64,000 nt of DNA from an uncultured cyanobacterium. GTDB taxonomy: Bacteria > Cyanobacteriota > Cyanobacteriia > Cyanobacteriales > Nostocaceae. How positions within the stretch are numbered: position 1 is the stretch's first letter; each line of letters opens with the position of its first letter. This document shows, one piece after another, positions 21,072 through 30,791 of the stretch. Made by a program: the position numbers and the translations under genes. A model generated the notes under the pieces. The model searched no databases. It was not told where the DNA came from and saw only the letters and a list, made by a program, of their open reading frames with translations. The stretch spans positions 2,912,001-2,976,000 of the forward strand of contig OY970166.1 in the NCBI GenBank assembly GCA_963706595.1, given 5' to 3'.

Positions 21072-22229
21072 TTAGGAATATCCAATTTCTAGCATTTTAA
21101 AAAATTCTTGGACTACCTCATCTGGATTTTCAGAACACCTAGAGGAATCAAATCTTTCCACCACCTTGATACCGTGTCTTCTAAAAATGCGTTCTCTCTC
21201 TTGTTCTTCTACTCTGCGTTCTGGGGTATGATACGGTCCATCAACTTCCAAAATTCCCCATTTACCGTTGTAACAAATTAGGAAATCAGCCTCTTTATTA
21301 GCTCTCCCATTGGGTGTATTGAGTCGAGCTAAACAGTTTGGTAAAAATAAAACTTCAGCCCTGTCTAGTGCTTCAGCAATTTTGATTTCTGTTTTTGAGC
21401 GAAATGTTAGCCTTTGCCAAGTATGAGTTTTGTAATCGGGATTAAACTGAACTCCTTGGTTATTGGCAATATTAGGAGTTTCGGGAGTTTTGCGTAAAAT
21501 TAAGTCTGTATTTTCTATGATTTTTTTGTATAAACTAGCAAATTCTCCAGGTAAAAAATTACCTTCTATCGGTCGTCGTTCTTCTGGGTTAATTCTGTCT
21601 TCTTCCTCATCATATTCACCAGATAAATAAACATATTCACAAAGTAGTTTATCTAGTTTTGTTTCACTATTAATACTCCAATCTTTTATACAAGCACCTG
21701 TCAGAGTTACGTTATAAAAATTTGTAGCGATTACTTTCGATTCATATAAAATAGTCCTACCCAGGTCAGCACTACTCAAGTCAGCCCCTCTCAGGTCAGC
21801 CCCTCTCAGGTAGGCATTACTCAGGTTAGCACTACTTAGGTCAGCCCCTCTCAGGTAGGCATTACTCAGGTTAGCACTACTCAGGTTAGCACTACTCAGG
21901 TTAGCGCCACCCAGGTCAGCACTACTCAGGTAGGCATTACTCAGGTTAGCACTACTCAGGTTAGCGCCACCCAGGTCAGCACTACTCAGGTCAGCCCCTC
22001 TTAGGTCAGCATCAAGCAGATCAGCCCTTCTCAGGTTAGCATAACTCAGGTTAGCATTACTTAAATTAGCATTACTTAGGTTAGCAAGACGCAGGTTAGC
22101 ATCAATCAGGTCAGCATAACTCAGGTCAGCATGACTCAGGTCAGCATCTACATCTGTATTTTCACTCCTCCACTTATTCCAAACTTGTACACCCTGTTTC
22201 AGTATTGCTAAATGCTCTTCAGTCGCCAT
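21072..22229 (-). CDS. Pentapeptide-repeat protein fused to a C-terminal DUF559/Vsr-like endonuclease domain
   Basis: A(D/N)Lxx repeats; C-terminal RSKTE..ADFL..ILEVDGPYH..ER..GIKVVERF. Confidence 0.75.
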   Translation of the reverse strand: MATEEHLAILKQGVQVWNKWRSENTDVDADLSHADLSYADLIDANLRLANLSNANLSNANLSYANLRRADLLDADLRGADLSSADLGGANLSSANLSNAYLSSADLGGANLSSANLSSANLSNAYLRGADLSSANLSNAYLRGADLRGADLSSADLGRTILYESKVIATNFYNVTLTGACIKDWSINSETKLDKLLCEYVYLSGEYDEEEDRINPEERRPIEGNFLPGEFASLYKKIIENTDLILRKTPETPNIANNQGVQFNPDYKTHTWQRLTFRSKTEIKIAEALDRAEVLFLPNCLARLNTPNGRANKEADFLICYNGKWGILEVDGPYHTPERRVEEQERERIFRRHGIKVVERFDSSRCSENPDEVVQEFFKMLEIGYS

Positions 22230-22504
22230 TATCGATTTTTTATACTTAAATTTCTCAATATTCGGATTTTAACCTAATACCGGGAAACAAGCTCTTGAAA
22301 GTTAGCAATGAAAAATAAAGGTTTTTAACCCGCGTAGGCGGGTTTTGTCTGTATAGCCGCGATTTCTAATCGCCAGTCAGTAATAAATCACACTTTACAA
22401 ACATCATCTTATTCAAATTCTCACATAATTTATTGACAATATTTCTTAACTGATACAAATGCTGATATTATTTATTGATATTCTCAACTTTTACCAAGCC
22501 TAAA

Positions 22505-23245
22505 ATGCTCAAACAATTACAAAATAAATCTTATGTCTTTGTCGGTGGATATCTATTGACTGCGGTCTTAGGTTTGACTGGATGTGATTCTACTCCTAGT
22601 GAACCAACAAGTGAAAACACAAACACACCTGAAACTACTGCTCAACCCGTAGCAAGTGAGGAAAAAATTAGTGCGGGAGAACAAGCCAATGCGGATTTTC
22701 AGGATAAACTCAGTGGTCAAGCCCTTCTAAATGCTTTAAAACAAGGGGGTCATGTAATTTATTTTCGCCACACCCAAACAGAAAAAGATTATGCTGACCA
22801 ACTAAAAGCGGAGATGGGTGATTGTTCAACTCAACGGATGCTGAGTGAAACAGGATGGAAACAAGCTAGAAGTATTGGGGAAGGGTTTCGCAAGTCTGCT
22901 ATTCCTTTTGATAAAGTAATTTCTAGTCAGTATTGTCGGGCTTGGCAAACAGCAGATTTAGCCTTTGGTAAATACGAGAAAAATGCTGACCTCAACTTTC
23001 CCAAGGCGGAAGACTATACCCCCGAACAAACGGCTGAGATGAAAGCCCAGCTAACACCAATGTTAACGGCTGTACCCACAACAGGAACTAATACTATCAT
23101 TGTCGGTCATGATGATTTATTTGAAGCTGCAACAGGGATTTATCCAGACCCACAGGGTATGGCTTACGTTGTTAAGCCTGATGACAAAGGTGGTTTTGAA
23201 CTGATTGCTAATATGCTTCCCGAAGAATGGGAAAAATTAGAATAA
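22505..23245 (+). CDS. Histidine phosphatase superfamily lipoprotein
   Basis: Lipobox LTGC; FRH, SSQYCRAWQTA, VGH. Confidence 0.85.
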   Translation: MLKQLQNKSYVFVGGYLLTAVLGLTGCDSTPSEPTSENTNTPETTAQPVASEEKISAGEQANADFQDKLSGQALLNALKQGGHVIYFRHTQTEKDYADQLKAEMGDCSTQRMLSETGWKQARSIGEGFRKSAIPFDKVISSQYCRAWQTADLAFGKYEKNADLNFPKAEDYTPEQTAEMKAQLTPMLTAVPTTGTNTIIVGHDDLFEAATGIYPDPQGMAYVVKPDDKGGFELIANMLPEEWEKLE

Positions 23246-23250
23246 ATCTA

Positions 23251-23439
23251 TAGGAGTTACGCATGGACAATAAATACCAAATATGTTTAACACTAAGCAC
23301 ATATTTCGTAGGGGTTTAGCATTGCTAAACCCCTACCACACGGGTATATTTACTATCAACATAATCATTGTTCAAAGCCGGAAATTGGCTATTCTGGCAA
23401 CAGTATACCATGATTAATTTGTACAGTGCGTAAGTCCTA
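23251..23439. mobile_element. MITE with TAGGA(C/G)TTACGCA termini, 189 bp
   Basis: TIR taggagttacgca / tgcgtaagtccta, 5-bp direct repeat atcta on both sides, internal GTAG-REP hairpin; inverted second copy at ~40108-40285. Confidence 0.85.
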
Positions 23440-23644
23440 ATCTAGTATTTAACCAATCCAAAAAGAGCAGATAAAATCTGCTCTTGATGAGCGATTGAGT
23501 TTTATTTAGTAATTTGTCATAAATAATTCAAGGTTTGTAGTCAGGACTAAAGTCCTGAATTAAGGGCTATGAGCAATTACTACGAACTAAATGACAATAT
23601 TTTTAGATTGCTTCACATAGTTAGGTTTATTCTCGCCCACTTAC

Positions 23645-23917
23645 TTAATCAAAGCAATAATGTTTTTTCACGTCGCTTGTAATTTCCCATGTACAGGACA
23701 TACCAGCAGGAAAAGTGACTAAATCACCTTTACCCATCTGCACTGGTTGTCCACCATCAGGCGTAACAACGACATCACCTAACAAAAAATAACAAGTCTC
23801 TTGAGTATCATAAGTCCAGGGAAATTTGGAGATTTCTTTCTGCCAAATTTCCCATTTGAAAACACCTAACTCCTTAAGATGTTCTGCACTCGGTTGATGC
23901 TCAATTTTAATTTCCAT
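23645..23917 (-). CDS. Cupin domain protein (DUF861-like)
   Basis: FPWTYDTQETCYFLLG, GDLVTFPAGMSCTW. Confidence 0.88.
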   Translation of the reverse strand: MEIKIEHQPSAEHLKELGVFKWEIWQKEISKFPWTYDTQETCYFLLGDVVVTPDGGQPVQMGKGDLVTFPAGMSCTWEITSDVKKHYCFD

Positions 23918-23939
23918 GCTATGTTTTCTCGGTTGGGAT

Positions 23940-24305
23940 TTAGCAGTAGGTCTGGATGTCTTCTCCACACTTATCTACTAAATAACACAATGCCCGAAAA
24001 CGCAAGCCGACAAATTGATCATAAAGTGGATTGAACTTACACAAAGCGGGAATGTGGGCTATTTTGCGACCAAATAAAATGACATCACGCTCAAAAGGAC
24101 ACTGCGCCGGAATCAATTTCGCAATCAAGTGAGCAAAGTCGCGATTTTTGATTTCGAGATTGTCTAGCTTGTTACGCAATGGTTGCAGTAAATCGAATTT
24201 AGGGCGAGTAAATTTATTTTTGCTACCTGCTTGATGCGTGGCTTCTACTTCGGCGGAGTTGATAAAAGCAGGTAGGATAATATGTTGATTATTTGTCTTA
24301 AGCAT
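23940..24305 (-). CDS. Mo-dependent nitrogenase C-terminal-like domain protein
   Basis: LIPAQCPFERD, IPALCKFNPLYDQ, LRFRALCYL. Confidence 0.85.
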   Translation of the reverse strand: MLKTNNQHIILPAFINSAEVEATHQAGSKNKFTRPKFDLLQPLRNKLDNLEIKNRDFAHLIAKLIPAQCPFERDVILFGRKIAHIPALCKFNPLYDQFVGLRFRALCYLVDKCGEDIQTYC

Positions 24306-25064
24306 AGTTCTGAGCAAGGTCTTCCTTGTATTGATAAACTATTTGCCAATTTCGAGCTTTACCATGCAATCTATGTCGGGAATTTGTTTTGTGCTGATGA
24401 ATGGAACGAGCAAAAGCACAAAGTGAGTAATTTGCATAGAATCTGCTGGTAAATAGTTCACTTAATCTATATTTAAGCTCACTAGATCACGAATAACTGT
24501 CCCGTTAAATACAAAATAACAAAGAAAATATAAATATGGCCTTCCATTAACTTATACTTATTGATTGCTGATTTTGAAAGTAGCGATCCCCTATATTTGA
24601 TTCCAGTTCATAGTTTAGAAACTGCCTAGTAGTTTGATTTATACTATTGTCGGCTAAAGCAGGTGTAACCTTGACTCCAGCTAGGCTGAATTTCTAGTTA
24701 TTGCTTAACCACAAATGATATTAGAGCCTTAGTATCAAAAAAAATGTCCTTTTTGTTACAAAACTCCTACTAGATATTATTTAATTAACCGCACAATATC
24801 CTTTGATAAGTAGAAACTAATTTAATTTAGTCAGTTTCCGCAATTATTACCATAATCGGAGTTAAAGCGCAAGTATCATTCATCACATAAAAATGGCTGG
24901 GACGGATGATCTCCAACAGCTACAAGATTTAATTTAGGCTTTGTCACCCCAAAAAAATTGTGAAGTAAAATTACAAAATTTGCCAAAATATTGAGAAATT
25001 GGCTGCAAGCCAAACATGGCTTTAACGTAGAACCTATAGGAGATACTTGAAGAAAATATAAAAA

Positions 25065-25382
25065 ATGAACAAGAATAATACTCAAAAATACCAGTTCGTC
25101 TGTACCCTCACCTTTGGTGATATCTACGGTCAAATCATTGTTTGGCTAATCACAATCACTCTCAGTTTGGCTTCTGCTTTGGCGTTGATGGGTGCTAAAC
25201 GACCTGTATATGCTTTAGCAACTGTGGGTCTGATAGTTCTGTTATCACTGCCATTTTTGCTGTTTGCATTCGTAACTACGCTATTCAATCATATTGAAGT
25301 CACCGCTATATCTCCAGGAATGAAGAGCGAACCCATACCCGGTAATATTTCCCAGCAACAACCAGTACAAGCAACTAGCTGA
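25065..25382 (+). CDS. Conserved cyanobacterial small membrane protein
   Basis: CTLTFGDIYGQIIVWL, two TM helices; hairpin terminator at ~25405-25430. Confidence 0.7.
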   Translation: MNKNNTQKYQFVCTLTFGDIYGQIIVWLITITLSLASALALMGAKRPVYALATVGLIVLLSLPFLLFAFVTTLFNHIEVTAISPGMKSEPIPGNISQQQPVQATS

Positions 25383-25637
25383 TTTAACAAAATCATCATT
25401 TTGACACCCTGCTATGAGCAGGGTATTTTTATCCGATTATTGTGTACTCATCCACTGATATTATTTTTCACGGGGTCTGGAAAATCTCGCTTCCATTCAT
25501 CGCCCTACAAAAGAGGCAGGGGAGCAGGGCGCAAGGGGGCAAGGGGAAGCAGGGAACAAGATTTACATCATATAGCAAGAATAGAGGAACTGAATATTAT
25601 GGTTATGCCTCTGATGATGACAGGAGCAAAACAATAG

Positions 25638-28600
25638 TTGAATTTTGATATTGCTCATCAAAATAGCGATGTGATTTCAGTTGACTTGAATTGGGATCAT
25701 TTAGTAGCAAAAATCGCTCTCAAGATCCGTCAATCCTTAGACCTAGCAACGATTTTACAAACCACTGCTGACGAAGTGCATCAGGTTGTTAAGTGCGATC
25801 GCGTGCTACTCTACCAATTTGACCCGGATGGTCGCGGTCAAGTGGTGGTGGAAGCCATTTCCGACCCCCAGTGGTCATTACTGGATCGGGTGGTGCATGA
25901 TGCCTGCTTTGAGTCCTGCTGGCTGGAACCCTATCAAGAAAAGCAGATCCGCGCGATCGCCGATATTACTACTGCTAACCTCACCCCTTGTCATGCGGAA
26001 TTTTTGGCGGGATTTCAGGTAAAAGCCAACTTGGTAGTTCCAATTCTGTGTGCATCCCAGCTTTGGGGCTTGCTGATTTGCCATCATTGTCAGGCTCCTC
26101 GCCCGTGGACAGAGAAAGAAATGGACGGGTTGGGGCAAATTGCTGTCCATCTGGCGATCGCCATTTATCAAGCAGACTTGGTGGCACAGTTACAAGCCGC
26201 AAAGGCAGATTTGGCAGGACAGGTAGCCACTCGCACCCAGGAACTAGAGCAGGCTAATCAGCAACTTTTAACCAAAGTGGAGGAGTGTAACGAGGTCGCC
26301 ACAGCACTGCACCAAAGGGAAACTTTTTCACGCCAGGTTCTCGATAGTTTGTTAACCTTTGTGGGGGTATTAACCTTGGATGGGGTGTTGATTGAGGCCA
26401 ACCAAGCTCCCCTGGATGTGGCTGGAATCACCCGTGAGGATGTAATTGGTAAGTTCTTTGCTGATGCCTACTGGTGGCAGTATTCAATAGATGCACAGGC
26501 AAAAATTCGGGAGGCGATCGCCCAAGCCCAACAAGGAAACTGCGTGCGGTTTGATATTCCCATACAGGTGCGGGGAGGCGATCGCATCATCATTGACTTT
26601 TCCCTCAATCCCCTGCGTGATGCTACTGGGAAAATCACTCATCTGATTCCCTCCGCCATTGATATCACCGAACGCAAACAAGCCGAAATTGCCCTGAGCC
26701 AAAGCCAAGATGAACGGTTTCAACTGGCGGCGATCGTGAAATCGTCCCAGGATGCGATTATTAGCAAAACCCTGGATGGCATGATCACTACTTGGAATCA
26801 GGCGGCAGAAAAATTATTTGGCTATACCGCCTCAGAGGCCATCGGTGAGCAGATCACGTTGCTGATACCGCCAGAGCGCCAGTCTGAAGTCGCATCGAAG
26901 TGTCAGCACATCCACCAAGGGATGTCGGTTGATACCTACGAAACCCAACGGTTACATAAGGATGGCAGCTTGGTAGATGTAGCGTTAACCATTTCCCCCA
27001 TTTGCGACGAAAATGGTGTGGTAATTGGCGCATCGAAAATTGTCAGGGATATTCGTCAACAAAAACGCCTCGAAGCGGAACGGAACGAAGCCGAACTGAA
27101 GCTGCGCCAGAGTAACGCCCAACTCGAAGATTTCTTTGAAAATGCCAGCGACCTGATCCAGAGCGTCTCGTTGCAGGATGGGCGGTTTCTCTATGTTAAT
27201 CGCGCCTGGCTCACCACTCTAGGCTACCAGCGCGATGAACTTGCCGCCTTGACTATCTTTAACCTCATTGCCCCTGAATATCTACCAGATTATCGAAGGA
27301 TATTTCAGGAATTGCAATCGGAAATAGTCCACCATGTTGAGCGATTGGAAATTGCCTTTGTGGGTAAAACAGGGCAGAGGATTCTTCTAGAAGGTGGTCT
27401 CAATGTCCGCTATGAAGCAGGGATACCCATTGCCACCCGCACCATCTTGCGGGATGTGACAGCCCAACGTCAGGTGGAAAAAACTCTCCAGGAGCAAACA
27501 ACGATTCTCCGCATCTTCTATGAGTCTTCGCCCCTGATTCTGGGAGTGGTGGAATTGTCAGACAATGACATTCTCCATACACACCATAACCCAGCCAACC
27601 TCCAGTTTTTTGGGGTTTCGCCCGCAGCCCTCGACCACAAATGGGCTAGTGAAATTGGAGTTCCACCAAAGCATATCCAACGTTGGTTGTTTCACTACCA
27701 CCAAAGCCAGGAGATGCAACAGGCGGTTCAATTTGAATATGAACATGAAACAGAGGCTCAGACTTACTGGTTGTCAACGGTAGTCCAATTTATTGGCATT
27801 GCTGACAGTGGGCGATCGCAATTTTCCTACACGGTTCAAGATATCAGTGAACGCAAACAACTGGAAATTGAACATCAGCGTGCCGAAGCTATGCAGCGTC
27901 AGGCGGAACAAGTCAGTCATGAACTTAAACTTCTAGAGAAAATCTTAGAAGTCATCCTCGCAGGCTATTGGGATTGGGATCTTCAGAGCAATCAACAATA
28001 CCTCAGCCCTGGCTTTAAACAGATGTTTGGTTACGATGATCACGAACTCTCCAATTCACCAGACACCTGGCAAAAACTGATCTTTCCAGAGGATTTAACC
28101 AGGGCATTAGTCTGTTTTGAGCAACATATTCAAAGTTATGGGGAGATTCCCTACTATAACGAAGTCAGATATCGTCACAAGGATGGTTCAACAGTTTGGG
28201 TGGTATGTTCGGGGCAGGTGATTTCGTGGGATAACGACGGCAAACCCCTGCGGATGATTGGCTGTCATATAGACATGACTGTTCGCAAACGAGCGGAAAA
28301 CAATCTCCGCAACATCAATCTGGTGATGGAAAACGCTGTAGAAGGCATTGCCTTCTTGGATGCAACTGGAAGATACATCAGCGTTAACCGCGCCTATGCT
28401 GCGATTTGCGGCTACGAACCGGATCAATTAATTGGTCAGGTATGGACGGTTACAGTTTATGCAGAGGATTTACCTGCTCTGGAATCGGCCTATCAAATCA
28501 TGCTGGAAACAGGCAAAGTCGAGGCAGAAGCTAGAGGCATACGTCAGGATGGTTCTCTGTTTTATAAGCAGGTGATCATGATTACTGATCACGATGAGCA

Positions 28601-30458
28601 GAAGGCATTTATCGGACATTACTGTTTTCTCAAAGATATTAGCGATCGCAAATACAGTGAACAGCAACTAGCCGCCAGCGAAGCCCGCTATCGCCATATC
28701 ATTGAAACCACCCTAGAAGGTGTGTGGATGCTAGATGCAGAGGGCAAAACTACCTTTGTCAATCAGAGGATGGCAGATATGCTAGGCGACACTGCGGCCC
28801 AGATGGCAGGTACTACGGTGATGGACTTCATTTCTCTGGCTGATCGCCCCCAAGCCCAAATCTATCTAGAACGGCGACAGCAGGGCATTGAGGAACAGCA
28901 TCCCTTCAAGTTTCAGCGTCAGGATGGAACTCCTCTGTGGGCGATTGTTTCAGCTACACCAATGTTAGATGAGCAAAGCAACTTCATGGGGATAACTGGC
29001 TTACTCACCGACATTACCGAACTTGTCACTATTCAAGAGGCTCTCAAATCTTCCCAGATCCAACTGACGAGTGTTTTAAATAGTTCTTTGGATGGGATTA
29101 TGGCGTTTCGGGCGGTACGCGATCGCCAGGGGATGATTATTGACTTTGAATGGTTGTTAAGTAATCCCGCCGCCTGTCAAATGGTGGGGCGCTCATCGGA
29201 ACAACTGATTGGTAAACGGTTACTGGTGGAAATGCCTGGAAACCTCAAGGAAGGACTATTTGATCAGTATGTCAATGTGGTGGAATCAGAGAAACCTTAT
29301 AAACGGGAATTCTACTACAACCATGATGGCATTGAGTCTTGGTTTGAAAATGTTGCGGTCAAACTAGAAGATGGTTTTGCTGTCACCTTCAGGGATATAA
29401 CGGCAATCAGACAATCGGAACAGGCGATTCAGCAAGTGAATCAACAACTGCAAGAACGGGTTGCCGATCTTGACCAACGCCATGCAGAAATGTTGATCTT
29501 GAGCGAAATCAGTGATTTCCTCCAAGCCTGTCTGACGGTGACAGAAGCCTGTGCAGCCCTCAGCAGTTTGGTAGAACCCCTTTTCCCTGACTGTTCCGGG
29601 GGAGTGTTCATTACCAATGCGTCTCGCAACCGTGTGGAAGTTATTTCATCTTGGGGAGATTACCTGCGATCTGCACCGGACTTTCACCCCCAGGATTGCT
29701 GGGCTTTGCGGCGGGGCAGGTTACATACTTGTCACCACCATCAATCAGGGTTACGCTGTCAGCATATCCCGGCAGATCAGGAGATCGCCACGACTCTCTG
29801 CATCCCGATGATTGCCCAGAGTGAGACTTTGGGTTTATTTTATCTGAGTACAAATAACTCTACGGCGCTACCCGATGCTAAACGGCAAATTGCTCGTACT
29901 GTTGCGGAACAGGTGGCTCTGGCGATCGCCAATCTAAATCTGCGCGAAAGCTTACAATATCAAAGCATCCGCGATCCCCTCACGGGTTTATATAATCGCC
30001 GGTATCTCGAAGAAGTTTTGACTCAAGAAATTGCCCGTGGCCAACGTCGCCAACACCCCATCGGTGTGGTGATGGTTGATGTGGATCACTTTAAGCGGTT
30101 CAATGATACCTACGGTCATGATGTGGGGGACTATGTGTTGCAAACCATTGGCGCAATTCTCAAACAGAGTGTGCGTGGGTCAGATATTCCCTGTCGCTAT
30201 GGGGGAGAAGAAATGACTCTGATTTTGCCAGAATCTTCCCTAGAGGTAACCAGCATTAAAGCAGAAGGGATTCGGGAGGCGATCGCTAAACTGACTCTTG
30301 CATATAACGGGCAGCATTTGGGCAACCTCACCATCTCACTGGGCATCGCAGGTTTCCCGAAGCACGGCACAACAGGCACATCTGTGATCCAAGCTGCTGA
30401 TGCGGCCCTCTACCGTGCCAAAGCCGCCGGACGCAATCAGGTTGTCATTGCACCTTAG
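25638..30458 (+). CDS. Cyanobacteriochrome GAF - multi-PAS - GAF - GGDEF diguanylate cyclase
   Basis: N-terminal GAF with DACF and CH cysteines, several PAS/PAC repeats, RDPLTGLYNRRY, DVDHFK, RGSD I-site, RYGGEEM. Confidence 0.9.
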   Translation: MNFDIAHQNSDVISVDLNWDHLVAKIALKIRQSLDLATILQTTADEVHQVVKCDRVLLYQFDPDGRGQVVVEAISDPQWSLLDRVVHDACFESCWLEPYQEKQIRAIADITTANLTPCHAEFLAGFQVKANLVVPILCASQLWGLLICHHCQAPRPWTEKEMDGLGQIAVHLAIAIYQADLVAQLQAAKADLAGQVATRTQELEQANQQLLTKVEECNEVATALHQRETFSRQVLDSLLTFVGVLTLDGVLIEANQAPLDVAGITREDVIGKFFADAYWWQYSIDAQAKIREAIAQAQQGNCVRFDIPIQVRGGDRIIIDFSLNPLRDATGKITHLIPSAIDITERKQAEIALSQSQDERFQLAAIVKSSQDAIISKTLDGMITTWNQAAEKLFGYTASEAIGEQITLLIPPERQSEVASKCQHIHQGMSVDTYETQRLHKDGSLVDVALTISPICDENGVVIGASKIVRDIRQQKRLEAERNEAELKLRQSNAQLEDFFENASDLIQSVSLQDGRFLYVNRAWLTTLGYQRDELAALTIFNLIAPEYLPDYRRIFQELQSEIVHHVERLEIAFVGKTGQRILLEGGLNVRYEAGIPIATRTILRDVTAQRQVEKTLQEQTTILRIFYESSPLILGVVELSDNDILHTHHNPANLQFFGVSPAALDHKWASEIGVPPKHIQRWLFHYHQSQEMQQAVQFEYEHETEAQTYWLSTVVQFIGIADSGRSQFSYTVQDISERKQLEIEHQRAEAMQRQAEQVSHELKLLEKILEVILAGYWDWDLQSNQQYLSPGFKQMFGYDDHELSNSPDTWQKLIFPEDLTRALVCFEQHIQSYGEIPYYNEVRYRHKDGSTVWVVCSGQVISWDNDGKPLRMIGCHIDMTVRKRAENNLRNINLVMENAVEGIAFLDATGRYISVNRAYAAICGYEPDQLIGQVWTVTVYAEDLPALESAYQIMLETGKVEAEARGIRQDGSLFYKQVIMITDHDEQKAFIGHYCFLKDISDRKYSEQQLAASEARYRHIIETTLEGVWMLDAEGKTTFVNQRMADMLGDTAAQMAGTTVMDFISLADRPQAQIYLERRQQGIEEQHPFKFQRQDGTPLWAIVSATPMLDEQSNFMGITGLLTDITELVTIQEALKSSQIQLTSVLNSSLDGIMAFRAVRDRQGMIIDFEWLLSNPAACQMVGRSSEQLIGKRLLVEMPGNLKEGLFDQYVNVVESEKPYKREFYYNHDGIESWFENVAVKLEDGFAVTFRDITAIRQSEQAIQQVNQQLQERVADLDQRHAEMLILSEISDFLQACLTVTEACAALSSLVEPLFPDCSGGVFITNASRNRVEVISSWGDYLRSAPDFHPQDCWALRRGRLHTCHHHQSGLRCQHIPADQEIATTLCIPMIAQSETLGLFYLSTNNSTALPDAKRQIARTVAEQVALAIANLNLRESLQYQSIRDPLTGLYNRRYLEEVLTQEIARGQRRQHPIGVVMVDVDHFKRFNDTYGHDVGDYVLQTIGAILKQSVRGSDIPCRYGGEEMTLILPESSLEVTSIKAEGIREAIAKLTLAYNGQHLGNLTISLGIAGFPKHGTTGTSVIQAADAALYRAKAAGRNQVVIAP

Positions 30459-30589
30459 CACCTCTTTACCAGGAATTAGCGGGAGCGTGAAAGCCCCTGA
30501 GAAGCAGCAACGTAGTTGCGTACTTCGTGCTTCTCCCAAGGGGAGACGCTGCGCGAACAGACAGGGGATGAAACGCGACTCGGCAGGTT

Positions 30590-30736
30590 TTAACCTGCCG
30601 TATCTCCTTCAAGTCTTAAGCTATCAATCCAATCTTCAATCAAAGCTGTGATAGTTTTATCTTTTTGGGCAGCATATAAATAAAGCTTATTCTTTCTACG
30701 CTCAGATAAACGTATTGTTAATGTTTTTCCTTTCAT
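30590..30736 (-). CDS. Small ribbon-helix-helix (CopG-like) protein, 48 aa, divergent from tnpB; absent from the ORF track
   Basis: MKGKTLTIRLSERRKNKLYLYAAQKDKTITALIEDWIDSLRLEGDTAG; beta-alpha-alpha pattern. Confidence 0.7.
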   Translation of the reverse strand: MKGKTLTIRLSERRKNKLYLYAAQKDKTITALIEDWIDSLRLEGDTAG

Positions 30737-30791
30737 AATGCACATACATTGTTAGTATTTAGTGTTAGTATATCCCAAGGAGGTAAAAACG

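Noticed and set aside
21765..22145. Non-coding repeat array
   Set aside because: The 15-bp period is explained by pentapeptide coding
23940..24305. Nitrogenase gene
   Set aside because: Only the small widespread 'Mo-dependent nitrogenase C-terminal' domain; no nif genes nearby
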